From Paraspadella gotoi (Eukaryota > Animalia > Chaetognatha): a stretch of DNA of 64,000 nucleotides. The DNA is taken from the NCBI GenBank assembly GCA_051294375.1, contig CM119271.1:7131632-7195631 (forward strand). Direction: 5' to 3'. Below the pieces are notes generated by a model. It was not told where the DNA came from. It searched no databases and saw only the letters and a program-made list of their open reading frames with translations. The position numbers were made by a program, and so were the translations under genes. Positions 25,805 to 38,817 of the stretch are shown here, one piece after another. Every line of letters starts with the position of its first letter. The first letter of the stretch is position 1.

Positions 25805-26094
25805 NNNNNNNNNNTCACTTACTAATTACTTGTCAAAACGCTGTCTGCTTTAAATCAAGTTTCTCTCAGATTCTACTATTAATAACTATCGCCCATTTGT
25901 TACTTAAAGGGAATAATTTTGAACATATTCAATGATTAATATATATATATATATCAATTTTATTCAGAAAGCGGGTGCAAAGACCATATCTCGTTCTGAA
26001 TCAAAAGTTGTCTTCTGTTTACAACTCTTTGGGCCATATGCAGATGTCTCTATGTGTCTAAATCATATATTTTGTATTGAATAAAAAAGAAGAA

Positions 26095-26315
26095 ATGAAC
26101 GGAAAAATGAATACCCCGAAGAGAATTCTCCTTTTATCTTCATTAGTGGGAGTTAGCGTTTTTGGAAAATCTTCATTTATCACCCACTTAGAATCTTCAC
26201 AAATTCTTTTACAATGCGAGGCTAAAGAAGCGCCCATATGGGAGTGGATGTCGAAAACGAAAACTGTAAACATGGCAGTTGGAATTAAACGACGAAGTTC
26301 GTTCAAAGAAAAAAG
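26095..26315 (+). CDS. Variable first exon V9
   Basis: MNGKMNTPKRILLLSSLVGVSVFG...ILLQCEAKEAPIWEWMSKTKTVNMAVGIKRRSSFKEKR; AG|GTTTGA; GTCTCTA at 26046. Confidence 0.85.
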
Positions 26316-28487
26316 GTTTGAAATTCTCAAAAAAACATTTTGGTCTAAGTTTCGTATGGACTAAAAAACGGGAGATTGCTTTTCACCTGAGTGCTTTCCC
26401 TAAAATTGGGCCCTTCAGTTGATCACAGGGGTGAAAATGCAATTTGTTTATGCGATCGAATGTCTGACTTATGGTTCCGACTCTTAATGCTCAAGCCCCA
26501 CCGCCACTTCATGCTCACGATATTACATTATTGCATTAAGTCTTAATACTAAATGTACAACAAATTATAACATCTCCATATTACACCATACGTAATATTT
26601 AAAAGAAACAAAAGAAAGAATGAAAGAATGAGAAAAAAATGAAAGAATTAGAAATAGGGTTCAGACTCCCGTGAATTGTGCTCTCTCGCTTGGATTAACC
26701 TTTTATTTTGTTTTAACTTCTTAGGAATGAGGTCTCTGCTACAGTAACTTTTCTCTAGACTCCACGAAGTTCAGGGCTCTCATAACTCTCGAAATATGGG
26801 CTAAAATTTCTTTATATTCGAGGATCAGATGCGGAATAATCGGTTTATTGCCCACCTGACGGATTTTAAGAAATTTCAAAATTTTGCGCTCCAAGCCCTA
26901 AATTTTTTAAAAATTATTTCTCATCTAGTCTTAAAAGTATTAACCCAAAATAATATTAAAATTTTTATTGAAAGTCGTCCTAAGTTGAAGCTATAAAATG
27001 ACGTAAAAAAATTAAAAAAATTATTTCTAATTTTTATGTTATTTTGAAAAGTTGTAAAAAAGCTATGATACCATTGTTCCTTTAAAAAGAGTTCAATTTA
27101 AAATTTTGATACAAACAATTCTCTCTCTCGTGAGATGTTGTAAGATTACTTATCCTTAAAAAAAATTTGTTTAACTAATGAAAATCTTTTATAATTTGTC
27201 AAAAAAAAGGAAATGCTAATATATATGTTTAAATCTGAATTGTCTCAGTACATCCAAAAGAGAAGCTATACTGATTCTATAATATACTTTCACATTTAAA
27301 AAATATTTTTTACAACCAGAGATATTTATTTACAAAGTGACAAAAATGTAAAAATCAACCTTTTTTAAGCTTAATAAAAACTGATGGAATGAATATTATT
27401 CAATGAAATTTTGCATTCTAATCCAAATAACCAACAATTTTAAGACAACCAAAACTTGCAACCACTCACTTTCCCAAAAAAAAGATATACATTGAAAAAG
27501 ATATATTTTTAATTGAAATCTATTTTTTTAACTTTCAATGAATTTTGATCGTTATTAATTAAAAAAATCATAATAGATCAGTCAGTTCCTGGATAATCTA
27601 TATACTCAATAAGTATTCATTCTGTCGAGATCCACAGTTAGAATTTATAAAAATAGGCTAATGATTGGTCAAATAAATATGGTAGGTAAATTTTGGAAGA
27701 AAATGATTGAATTAATTAAATCTTTATGTTCATCATAAGATAGCCCTTTTCAAAGTTTTTCTTGTTCCAAACGTCTGCCTCGGCAAAGACAAAAAGAAGG
27801 ACCCTGTTATGCAACTTACCATAAGGTAAGGTCGACTGTCTTGAAAATAATCTAACAAAGATAACAAGACCAAAATATTATTTAAGCGCTTTGCTTCATT
27901 AATCATTAACGATTCCCCAGTTGTTGTTGTCAAAGTCTGAAAAATTTGCATCGCTGCTTTTAGTTAAGGTTATTGAGGGGTTTGAAAAGTGGTCAGGGTG
28001 AAATAGTAATAAAAATAATGAGTGAGAGATTAATGGAAAGAATGAAATATTCAATGTGAGATTGATGGAGAGAAGAAATATTGATTGGGAATTGATAAAG
28101 AGAAAGGAAGAGAGAGTAGAGTTTGATGGAGAGAAAGAAAATTGAGAAATTGAAGGAGAAAAAAAAGATTGATTAAGAAATTGATGTAGAGAGAAAGATT
28201 GATTAAGAAATTGATGTAGAGAGAAAGATTGATTGAGAGATAAATGAAATAATATTATGGCAACGTGAATAAATTAGACAAAGTTTTAAATATTTAAAAA
28301 TTTAAATTTTTAAAAATAGATTCTGATAAAGATTAAAAAGTTAGATAAAGGTAAGTATTACAAATTTTAAAAATATTAATGATAAATGGGTTAAAATTAG
28401 ACTTTTACTCACTCTTCATCCCTGTCTCATCTTCACCTATTCTCACATCTGACCACTGTCCCTGACTAAATTCTTTGTTGGAAACTG

Positions 28488-28518
<31 letters not shown>

Positions 28519-28560
28519 GTCATCAACTCAATGTTTGTAAAAAAATTTTGTGTCTTTTTC

Positions 28561-28606
28561 AAATGCTGATGAAGGCTTGAAGAACAAAGCCGAAACATGT
28601 CCAAAT
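28561..28606 (+). ncRNA. Minimal type-I hammerhead motif (Penelope pLTR-type)
   Basis: CTGATGA-A-GGCTT-gaagaaca-AAGCC-GAAACATGTC; palindromic stem III ACATGT; (CT)n upstream and AATAAA downstream; stem I weak. Confidence 0.65.
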
Positions 28607-29530
28607 TTTATGCTAATAAAATTATTTAGTTGTTCCACGAAAATTTGTTTCTTCTAATTCAACAAAACAACAAAAAGAAAAGGATTAACACAATGTCTAC
28701 CGAGAAAAACCTTAAAAATTATCATCATCATTGTTGAGGAACTAGTAGTCAGCCTGCCTTGCCAGGTGTATCTCCATCCTATGACCCATCGCGCCATTAC
28801 TGGGGAAGCTGCCGTACACTTCCCTCGGTCGCCGGAATGGGCGCGGCCGCATCCAGCGCCCTTTGGTTCCACCGTTGCGAGTGACGCCGAGACCCTTTGT
28901 CGCGAGGGTGTCAGCCTCTTTGTCACTGCCTCAGTCAGTTGTCCAAAGTCCATCAGAATGTGGGACACCACAAGTCTATTGCCCACGTTACAAGACGTCA
29001 TGATCTGCTACAAGTGGTGACAAAACGTGACTGATGGCAACGTTTCTCAGTCCCCTGNNNNNNNNNNNNNNNNNNNNNNNNNAAAAAAGAGAGAGATCTC
29101 AACGGCATCTTCACATAATCAATCATCCATTAAATTATAATAGTTTAGTTAATTTCATAGACAAATCATAAAATTTCAAAAAGTTGTAATAATAACCTTC
29201 TTCTAACTTTCAAGCTCTATCAGATCCGTTAAAAAATTAGATTTAATAAAAAAATTTGGACATTATATAGTATTTGAATAATATAAAATAGCTTCCATGC
29301 GTTTAACCTTAAGATAAATATTAATTTTTTTAAATTTTACACGATCTTAATAAACACATTAACAATATTTATACCAGACTTTTGTTAGTTCATTACTTAT
29401 TACTCACGTGTCGGTCCGTCGGTCTCCCAACTTTTGTGGTAAATCATTTTATCATATCAGAAAATCGAATTATGATAAATAATGCAAAAAAAAAAGAATT
29501 TGATATTCAACAACAATTTTTTTATTTATA

Positions 29531-29576
29531 AACGGACATGTTTCGGCTTTGTGTAATTCAAACCATCATCAAGGTT
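29531..29576 (-). ncRNA. Degenerate minimal hammerhead motif
   Basis: Minus strand TTGATGA-T-GGTTTG-aattaca-CAAAGCC-GAAACATGTC; core C is changed to T. Confidence 0.45.
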
Positions 29577-29617
29577 TATAGAATTTGTAAAATTATAGGC
29601 AAACTATGTGAAAAGAA

Positions 29618-29673
<56 letters not shown>

Positions 29674-30980
29674 CATAGACATAGGTACAAGTATTCGATA
29701 TAGCTCTTCTCTCTCTTCTCTCTCTCTCTCTCTCTCTCTTCTAACTGCTTATCCCTAATCCCAATCTAATCCTAAAACCAGATTTCTAATCCTTATCCCT
29801 TGCCTTAATCCTCATCCTTAACCCTAATCCCTAACCCTATCCATAAATTATTCCCTCAATCTAAACTTTCCCTAACCAAAACCCTAAGCAAAACTTAATG
29901 AGAAACGCCGGCCGTAATTTTCATTGGTAAGCTTTCAGCAATAACAACGGCGCAACCTTTGATTTCTGCCCTCTCTCTTTTTCTCACTCACTCACTACTT
30001 GCTAACTCACTTCCTCATCATTTTTCACACACTCTTTTTCAAACTGATGTCTTTGTCTTGTTTTTCCGCACTGTCCTGTAAATATTGACCCGACGCTTTA
30101 CTGTTATAAATATTTTTACCCTACAAAAATTAATTTTCTCAATCTTAAACTTGTTGTGTTAACACTGCACATTTTGGTTAATAACTTTGAAACTAATCAA
30201 AATTTTTAAATCTGTTTTCTTCATTTTAAAACTTAAAGTGGTATAAAATTACAGATACAAATTTTAATTAATAATTTTTTAGTGGCTAGTTTTTATAAGT
30301 GATTGAAAATTGTGTTTTTTTAGGTATTTTTGACAGTTATTGGTCATATTACTCAAAGTTAATTTTTAAAAAGTCTATATATAGATATCATATATTTGGA
30401 ATCAGCTTGATCCCCTCTTTGCCTTGGACAGAAAAATTTAATATAGACTTGCATATTCTCAAAAAAGGACAAATGTTTTAATCCAAGTTTTTCTAATGTG
30501 GTAATATTTTTTTTAATTTGGGGTTGTCTTAGGTTAAAGTGCACGTTTTTACAATATTTTAAAATCATCACGTAATTTGATTTATATTTTTGACTATTTT
30601 AGTAAAAAAGTTTTAAACTGATTTTTATGTGATAACTCCTATGTTTTTTAAATACCTCCCTGAATTACATCAATATGTGCGGGCATGTTAGTCGATCATA
30701 TGGACAAAAATAAAACAAATTAAAAAAGAAATAGCTGTTTTAGAAGCAAAACAAAATAAAAAATAAATCAGACCTCTAGCGCAAAATTTTTGAATTGATT
30801 ATTTCTCATCAGGTGGGCAATAGAGCAAATTTTTCCTTCATCTTTTTACGAAATCTTTAGCTCATTATAACGATAACTTATATGAGTTATTCATTCCCTG
30901 AACTTCGTGGAGTCTAGGAAAGGTACTGTAGTTTTAATCATAGCGCTGACGTAGAATCTGCTTACAAATATTCAGCAAAA

Positions 30981-31193
30981 ATGACTATCTCTTACTTTTT
31001 CGTCTTCTGTTTGTTTTACTCGATTAAGTATGGCTATGGTTCAAACTATTTAGTGGTAATTGCGCATAATAGTACGGTTTTTCAATTGCAAATCAAACGC
31101 TTTGCCGATTTGGGGATGGTATGGAAAATCGGGTGGAGCAGTAAAAATGCTCGCCCACGGCGCCACTCGCCACGTCAGGTTCAAAGACGAAAG
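30981..31193 (+). pseudogene. Variable exon V10 (1-bp frameshift in a T-run; promoter motif split by the transposon)
   Basis: MTISYFFVFCLFYSIKYGYG...NCKSNALPIWGWYGKSGGAVKMLAHGATRHVRFKDER; AG|GTCAGT; paralog of V18. Confidence 0.8.
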
Positions 31194-31538
31194 GTCAGTA
31201 AATTCAAGATATTATGTATTTCGATGTACTAAATGCATTGATATTCTGTAAAAAAAGTATTATCTCGCGTTTAAGACCGAAAATTTTTACGCAATTTGGT
31301 TTTGGTCAGAAGGGAATGGAAAAGTTGCAAAGCCTCTTGCTCCAGGACGTTTTAAAGATCAACGGTAAAAATATGTAGTAATTTGTTTATATTATCGTTT
31401 TTATTATCATATGAATTTTAAAAAAATGTTTTAAAATATTCTTTGGGTATTTACAGTTTTAAATTAAGACTAAAGAAAAAAAAATATGGTAATTTCGACC
31501 GCCGTTAAAAATGTTTTATTTATTTTTAAAAATTCTTA

Positions 31539-31659
31539 GAGAATTGACAAAGTTTTTGTTGCAACGAATTTTATTTATAGTTGAACAGACATGTTTTCGA
31601 CTTGTTTTACAAGTCTTCATCAGCGTTTTGACAGAATGGTTTAAAATTTGTGCATAAGA

Positions 31660-31711
<52 letters not shown>

Positions 31712-31821
31712 GGGTAAAAGTTTTCCAACAAAGTGGTGAGACAGAATAGTGGTCAGATGAGAGGACAGGTCAAGGTGAGGACAGATTGAATAAGTTGTGA
31801 AAAGAAGTGAAACTTAGAGAG

Positions 31822-31853
<32 letters not shown>

Positions 31854-34634
31854 ACAGGGATAAATAAATAAAATGATACATTGTGCAATGTACAACAAAG
31901 ATAAATGCTTTGAAACTAAAATTAGTAAAATTTAACAATTGTATAGTGGATAAATAGTTAAGGGATAGAAAGTGAAAAATGAAATGAAATTTGTGAAAAA
32001 TGAAATATGAGAATTTTAAGTGTTAAGTAAATGATTAAAATGAAATTTAAGGAGTAAGAAAGAGCTCAAAATGAGCTGGCCCCCCTTGGTTTATGCAAAT
32101 GAAGGCATGGACGATGGTGACGGGTCATTGGCGCGTCAGTGGCTGAGAGGAGAGTGCGACTGAACTGGTAAATTCTGCACCGGGGATTGTACCAGGCGGA
32201 AAAATTCCCAATGCCACTCTTATGTCTCTCTGACCTGATACGCTGCCGGCTGCCCTCTTCTCCGCCTGCTGGCAGGTGGGCGATTGTCTATTTTTGCACT
32301 TTTGCGACAGGGATGATAGACTCCTCTCTTCCTCCTGAAGCCGTCGTTTTGGGCAACGCTCAGTCCACAGAGAGAGGGACTGAGTTGCTGCATTAGAAGG
32401 AGTGGCATCGTTTGCCCATTGCCTGCGTAAGGGTCTCCGCCTGTCTCGTTGAGTGGAGACAGGGAATCATTGTGCGGCGTGGTGGGGCGGGGCCTCCACC
32501 ACACTTTTGATAAGCGAATCATAGCTTGGAGGAGGTCGAATCGTCCTCCATCACGGTTCAAAGAGGGCTCGAGGGCTTTGATGTGACTGCCTCTCTAATA
32601 CCTCTTGAGAACCAGTTTGGGTCATGGGACAGCACGAGACAGTCTGAATCTCTGAACAAATGGCCTGTTTCTGCTGAATGCTCAGCTATTGCGGACAGTA
32701 GTGACCTCTGGCATCACGGTAAGGCTTTTTATGTTGCTGGAAACGATCTGTAAGAGATTTGCCTGTCTCGCCCACGTATGCTGCTGTGCAGGCTTGTTAC
32801 CCGCCCCTGCACAGGCCGCCCAGTAGACGGCTCCTGATGTTTTCGGTCTGGGGATTTTATCTTTCGGTTTCACCAAAAGCTCACGTAGGGAGCCGCGGGC
32901 CGTCACTGAAGTGGAGATCCCCTGCTTTGCTAGCACCCGCACCAATGATTCAGTGATCCCCTGGTGGTAGGGGAGGGACAAGTGGCCCACGTTCCTTGGG
33001 CGCTTCTGCTTATCTTCCATTTGCGCTGTGGTGGGCGCGGTTGGCTCTTCAGCAGCAAGCTCCCGTTCCGCCTCCTGGGGGGTGGAGAAGAACCTGCGTC
33101 AGCGGTTACTTGGACAGCCCCTGGTTGGCCACTGTCCTCAGCCAGGCGCGGCCGATACCTGGCCTTCTCGAAGGCCCACAGAGGGTAGCCATTGATCGCC
33201 AAGGCTCTTTTGACGTGCTCAAGCTCGGCGGCCTGAAGCTCGGGGGTTGACGGAATCAGAACGGCTCTCCCGGTAAGGGATCTGACCGTGGCGAGCTTGT
33301 GAGACAGGGGGCATGTGAGGTGAAGGAATGTATTGGTCTGTGTGGGTCGGTTTGCGGTAGACTGAAAATTCCAATGAGCCGCCCTCTTTGGCGTTGAATC
33401 AACACATCGAGCATTGGAATTGACCCATTCACCTCCCTCTCACATGTCCACCTGATTCTCACATGGATGCTGTTCAGGTGGTTCAAAGATCCTCAATGAG
33501 GTCTTTGCGCACTGCCAGAATGGTATCGTCTGCTTTCCGATACAGAAGAGGACTGACTCTTCCCCATGCAACGATCGAAAAGAGGCCAAAGCTTCCACCT
33601 CATAGTCCTCCATATAGAAATCTGCCAGAGGACTTGATGTTGACTTGCCCATCCCTAAGCCACCAGGCTGGGCATAGTACCGTCCATCGAACCTGAAGTA
33701 CGCCAGTTCCAGGTCGAGCCGCAGCAGTGCCATGATATCATCCAATTGGATTGGCGTACGCTCGTGCAATGACCGGTCTTCCCTCAGGCGGCGCTCTGCG
33801 GAGGCCAACGCCAAGTCCTGGGGAATATTTGTAAACATACTTTGCAAATCACACGAGACCAAGAGATGAGTATCGGGCACTTTAGTGTGCTGCAACTTTT
33901 CCGTCAGATCAAGAGAATTTCTGAGGTGGTGTTGGTTACCAACCAACGGAGTGAGGATGCGCCCCAACTCCTTGGTCATTCCATTAAAAATGGAATTGCG
34001 GGCCGAAACGATCGGGCGCAATGGCAGATCGGGCTTATGTACCTTCGGCTGACCGAAGAACAAGGGCGGATGCGTTGAGTCGGGTTGACTCTGTGAAATA
34101 CTGCCGGGGAACAGTATTCACGTATGCGTTTCGTTACGGTCTGGATACGGGCCCTGTAAGCAAGGTCGGATCCTTAGGCAAAGGATGATAAGTATTATTA
34201 TCACCCAACATTTTTAGAACCTTGTCTTTGTAATCATGGGCGTCCATGATTACCGCAGCTCTTCCCTTATCCGCGGGATGAACCATGATCGCTTGATTGC
34301 GCTTGAGTGAGGCAATGGCCTTGCGCTCACCCTTACCGACATTTGGCGGGGGCGGTATTCTTTCTGCGTGAGTATCCGCGCCGCCGCCGCCCGAAGGGTT
34401 GCCGCCGCTTCGGGTCGTTGATCCAGGAGTCTCGCTCCTGTTTCAACTCCGACAATGAGGTCAATAGCGGAACATTAAAAGAGTTGGAACAAAAGACAAC
34501 CCTTGCGTAACAATGTATCTTCATCCGAGGTTAGAGTATATTTCGAATGATTCACAAGCCATTTGGCTGCGCATTTTCGAATTTCGTCGTCCGACAGCCG
34601 AAAAAGTTCGTTGCGTTGCCTCTTGCGTCTATCC
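31539..34634 (-). mobile_element. Penelope-like retroelement (RT + GIY-YIG endonuclease), 5'-truncated and frameshifted
   Basis: RT motifs ADKGRAAVIMD, FFGQPKVHKPDLPLRPIVS, SCDLQSMFTNIP, GLGMGKSTSSPLADFYME and YRKADD. GIY-YIG motifs GAVYW...YVGETGKSLTDRFQQH...SAIAEH...RGIREA. TCTTA is duplicated at both ends relative to the empty site at ~25513. Confidence 0.9.
31584..31628 (-). ncRNA. Minimal hammerhead motif at the 3' end of the Penelope-like element
   Basis: Minus strand AACG-CTGATGA-A-GACTTGT-AAA-ACAAGTC-GAAAACATGTC-TGTT; 7-bp stem II; stem I AACG/TGTT; one extra A in the GAAA run. Confidence 0.65.
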
Positions 34635-34680
34635 TCTTAAAACAATTATTCCTCTTGAATTAGAAACGCGTTTTACTTTT

Positions 34681-36228
34681 GGCTCCACGTACGATCGATG
34701 TCTTTTAGACAACGAAATCTGAACTTCAATAATTACCATCTTTCTTGATCTCATTAGTTAGTATGAAGCTTACTTCATTTAAAAAAAACGGTAGTCCAAG
34801 TTACTCCTTCTTATCACTTAGAACTTCCCTGGTAAATTTCTATGAGTTAAAAATACGGTAAGACATGGTTTCTTCAATGATTGTTTATCTAATCTCATTA
34901 ACTGCGTAATTTTAGATATAAGTATGTTCGAATTTTTATGGTAAAGATAATTTTTAAAGATCGAATTCCTCATAAGAATCTTCACGTCTTTTACTTACAT
35001 AAAAGTTTTTAGGTAAGATGCCACATTATCTGATACAATTTTTTTTTCTTCATATGCTTTCCCTGATTCTTTTTCTTCACTTCTTTTCTTCTCTTTCTTT
35101 ATATTTTCCTCTTCCTCTTTCCTCCCTTACTTCTCATCTGTCACTTACCATTTTTCGGCCCCTACCTTTTCTGCCACTCATGCACTTTCCTTACCTTTTT
35201 TCTCTCCTTCTCTCTTTCTCTTTTATTTTCCCCTCTTTTTCTTTCCAATTTTCCCATCATTTCCTACCTTTTATTTGTCTCACTATTTTTTTCCCCCATT
35301 TGCCTATTTTTTTTGCCTTTGGCCCCCTCTTTCATTTTCTTCTCTTCTCTTTTTCTTGTTTTCTCTTTCCTCTTCCCTCTCACAACGTTTACATTGAGCC
35401 ATATCAAAGAAAATCTTTAATATGCATTATAAGAAAGAAAATGAACGATAGCGCATGATTTTTCTTTCAATTTTGGTTGCCTAGCAAATTTAGTAAATCG
35501 ACAGATTTTGCGGAAAATTTTCCGCAAAATCTGCGATTCTGAGAAAAAACAAGTCCTGACGCTTTCCATTGGCTTAAAAGGATGCGGTTTTTTTTTGTTT
35601 TATCAACGTCAGTAAGTACTCCATCTTTTAAAACTAATAAAAGAGTTGAAAATATTTTTTTTATCATAAATAAATGCAAGTCACAAAAAGTCACAAATTA
35701 AAAGTTGTCTTTAAAAATTATTTGTGGCTAAACGAAAAGAGTTTTTTTGATAATTTTGTAGGTGTTAAAAGCTTATTCTGTGGACTATATTTTCTGTAGT
35801 TTAAGCCAATTTAAACTATTTTTGTTTAATAAATTATAATAAAAACTAAAACTGCGACTTTTTGACTTGTCAACTTTAAAATTAATTCATAAGTGAACTA
35901 TGAATGATATAAAGAAAAATATTTACTCAAGGGTGAAGAAGATAAGGAAGAAAGGAATTCCAAAATAACAAAATTTTTTCAACTTTCCTTGGCATTCAAA
36001 TTTGAAGACGAAAGTGAAAATGGACAAAAATGGACATGATTTTTTTTCCTAAAAGTTGCAAAAAATGTTACACTTATATGATTAGAAATAGCTGGAGATG
36101 GTTTTAACCAATCCGTATTTCGGCCTAATTTATATTATGGTGCAAATTAAATTAATTTTGTTAATAGTAATTGAACAATCCTGGAAAAAGTAGTTTTTTC
36201 TCTGAATGTGAGGATCGTAAGCAGAGGC
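34681..36228. mobile_element. Non-autonomous TIR-type insertion
   Basis: Imperfect TIRs GGCTCCACGTACGATC / GATCGTAAGCAGAGGC; TTTT on both sides versus a single TTTT at the empty site (~25555). Confidence 0.65.
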
Positions 36229-36472
36229 TTTTATATTGGTATGTTATCGTTCGCAAAAAAACCAAAACAAACGAATAGTATTTCTTGTAATGGGCAACGA
36301 ACTGAAAAAAGAATATTTTCAATTCCGAACCAACAAAACATTTTTGAATCTTCTGAGAATTTTCGCTAGGTTCATTACATGGCTTGTTCTACTCTAACCC
36401 GCATCTTCAGCTATCATTAACGATAAGGGAAATTGCTTTCTGTTTCACAAAATTTTCCCAAATGTTCTCAAA

Positions 36473-36687
36473 ATGCTTTTCACATTAAGTTTTATAACGA
36501 CGTTGTTTCATTTCCTCGCTGCTAAATCAATTCCTAGTTATGAAACTGTATTTAGCGAAGAAACGGTTTTAATCTCCTGTTCATCCGCGCAACAAAACCC
36601 AGTTTGGAGTTGGTACGGAAGGTCCAGTGTGATCGCTAAGAATTTAGCCACTGGAGATAAAAAGCACACAAGATTAAAGGATGAGCG
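36473..36687 (+). CDS. Variable first exon V11
   Basis: MLFTLSFITTLFHFLAA...VLISCSSAQQNPVWSWYGRSSVIAKNLATGDKKHTRLKDER; CG|GTAGGT. Confidence 0.88.
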
Positions 36688-37050
36688 GTAGGTGTTGACT
36701 ATCGAACGATGGGGTAAGAATATTAAGAATAATCGGAGGAGTAGCGGCAGCTAATTCCACATATCCTTTGCCGAAATTATGCCAAACAATGCCCAAAAAT
36801 GAAAAAAAAAAATTAGAAAGAAAATATTAAAAAATAAAGGAATTTAACGTATTCATGTATTTAAATAACTTACGTAATCACATTAGGACTTTATTTCTAA
36901 CGGGCACTATAATACTATTAGTCTTTTCAAATCATTTTAAAAAATAAATCGACAGAGGTCTCTAGTAACCTTCTTCACTTGAATCTTCACTGGTTTTTGG
37001 CCAGAAACTAAAGTACAAACCCCTTTTCGTACGTATCTTTCGCTAAAACA

Positions 37051-37265
37051 ATGGATTCGTTTTTGGTGGCTTTGACAGTATTGTCTTTGGCTGAGGTTTT
37101 TAAAGCGATTGAAGCGTCTTCCAATTTCGTTTTGATTCGCGGCGCCGATCTTCGCATCAATTGTAAAACTCAAGGGGCGCCGGTTTGGAACAAATTCAGG
37201 AGAGACGCTTTTGAGATGACGCTTGCGGTGGGAATGGAAAAACATTCGAGGTTTAAAAATGAAAG
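37051..37265 (+). CDS. Variable first exon V12
   Basis: MDSFLVALTVLSLA...LRINCKTQGAPVWNKFRRDAFEMTLAVGMEKHSRFKNER; AG|GTATTA; GTCTCTA at 36958. Confidence 0.88.
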
Positions 37266-37489
37266 GTATTAAATATGATATGCGCTTTAATTACTGTTAT
37301 TAGATTATTAAATCTTCATGGGTTTCGTTATTGCAATTAGTTTTTAGCAATGTTTCTCTAAAGATAAACTGTTCTTTTAATAATAATATGTAATTCTCTT
37401 CCCCAACTAACAATAGGTGTCTCTACTTATGGAAGTCAGTGGCTGCAGATGTTTTTCTCTTCTTTGCTATTCTTTGCTGAAAATTCACG

Positions 37490-37701
37490 ATGAAAATTTC
37501 ATATTTCTCTCCTATTTTAGTGATTTTACTCAACTTGTTAGTCTTCTCGTTTTCGTTAGAATTCCTGACAGTGTTTAAGGATGAGTCTATCCATTTTAAG
37601 TGCGAATCAAAATCAAGCCCGGTTTGGGAACAACAATTAAAAGAAACGCATAAAAATTTGGCATTTGGTGGCAAAAAACTATCAAATTTTAAAAATTCAA
37701 G
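37490..37701 (+). CDS. Variable first exon V13
   Basis: MKISYFSPILVILLNLLVFSFS...IHFKCESKSSPVWEQQLKETHKNLAFGGKKLSNFKNSR; AG|GTAAAG; GTCTCTA at 37419. Confidence 0.88.
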
Positions 37702-38103
37702 GTAAAGAACAAAAATTATATTTTGGGAAACGTAGTCACTGTCGCGGAGTATGCATTTATAACTTAAACATACTGCAAAACCGATTCGTCGTAGTTTGGT
37801 AATTTTTCTTTTGTTTTTGTTTTTGTTTTTTTTTTTGCTTTCTTCGACTGAATTCATATTCGAACTCTGATTTTAAAATTATTTTTTTCCTGAAGGTTTT
37901 TGGTCGCAAACATTTAAGTATAAAAGCGGATCTTTTTAATAAAATCTTCAGTTAGACTTTGGATAGTTTAAGATAGCATTGCTCTTTTAATAATTCATTT
38001 CTCGATTACTCAAATGATGTCTCTGGTCGTTTAAATCAGTTAGGCTTTTGCTTTCTTTACAGACCATTACCGTTTATGGCCAAGGTTTAGACACTTTCTC
38101 ACT

Positions 38104-38327
38104 ATGAATATTCTATTAATCCCTAAACATCTGTTAATGCTCAGGCTTTTTATTTTTGGTCTTTTCTCTTCAACGTTTTCTCAAAAGTTACTGACTGTTT
38201 TTAAAGACGAATCTGTGAATTTTCATTGTAAATCTACATCTACCCCTGTTTGGGAGCAACAACTTAAAGCTACCAATAAAAACTTGGCGATTGGGGCTCA
38301 GAAGCTTTCTGGGTTTCAGAATTCAAG
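38104..38327 (+). CDS. Variable first exon V14
   Basis: ...VNFHCKSTSTPVWEQQLKATNKNLAIGAQKLSGFQNSR; AG|GTAAAC; GTCTCTG at 38019. Confidence 0.88.
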
Positions 38328-38597
38328 GTAAACAAAAGAGTTGTTTTAAACAGCTATCGAATTGCTCTCGAATCCCGCTTAACTTTCGATTCATTTAGAA
38401 TCTCCTTGACATTTAAATACGCTCTTTGTGACGTGTTGACCAACTAAAAAAGATATCATTTGGACAATTGTTAACTGCGTCACTTTTAGATAGTTTTGCA
38501 TTGCTCGCTTGGAGTCTCTACCTGTTCAGTTCTCTACTGTATTTACTTGCTGTCTTTTCGAATTCATTCGTTTTGAGTTAGTCTAACCAGTGTAACC

Positions 38598-38817
38598 ATG
38601 AATGGATTATTTGAAATAACAATTTTGTGCAGCTTATTTTTTGGCTGTCTTTCGGATTCTGCAGAAGAGTATCATACTTCCTATTTTGAAATGAATATTC
38701 AATGACATGCACAGCTTCAAAGCAAATGGTTGTATGGAGCTGGTATGGAAAAAAAAGCGCAATAGCGAAAATCATTGCCACTGGGAATACTCCTCACAAT
38801 CGTCTCAATAACGACAG
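38598..38817 (+). pseudogene. Variable exon V15 (1-bp frameshift as assembled)
   Basis: MNGLFEITILCSLFFGCLS...SMTCTASKQMVVWSWYGKKSAIAKIIATGNTPHNRLNNDR; AG|GTTTCA; GTCTCTA at 38514. Confidence 0.8.

Larger units (their letters stand above)
26742..30928. mobile_element. Tc1/mariner-type TIR element (non-autonomous, with nested retroelement remnants)
   Basis: Termini CAGTAACTTTTCTCTAGACTCCACGAAGTTCAGGG and CCCTGAACTTCGTGGAGTCTAGGAAAGGTACTG; imperfect TIR similarity extends ~150 bp; TA on both sides (26740-41, 30929-30); empty site visible at ~24838-24860. No transposase ORF seen. Confidence 0.85.

Noticed and set aside
29750-29890. Telomere-like (TAACCC)n tract
   Set aside because: Highly degenerate and internal to a transposon; not a chromosome end.
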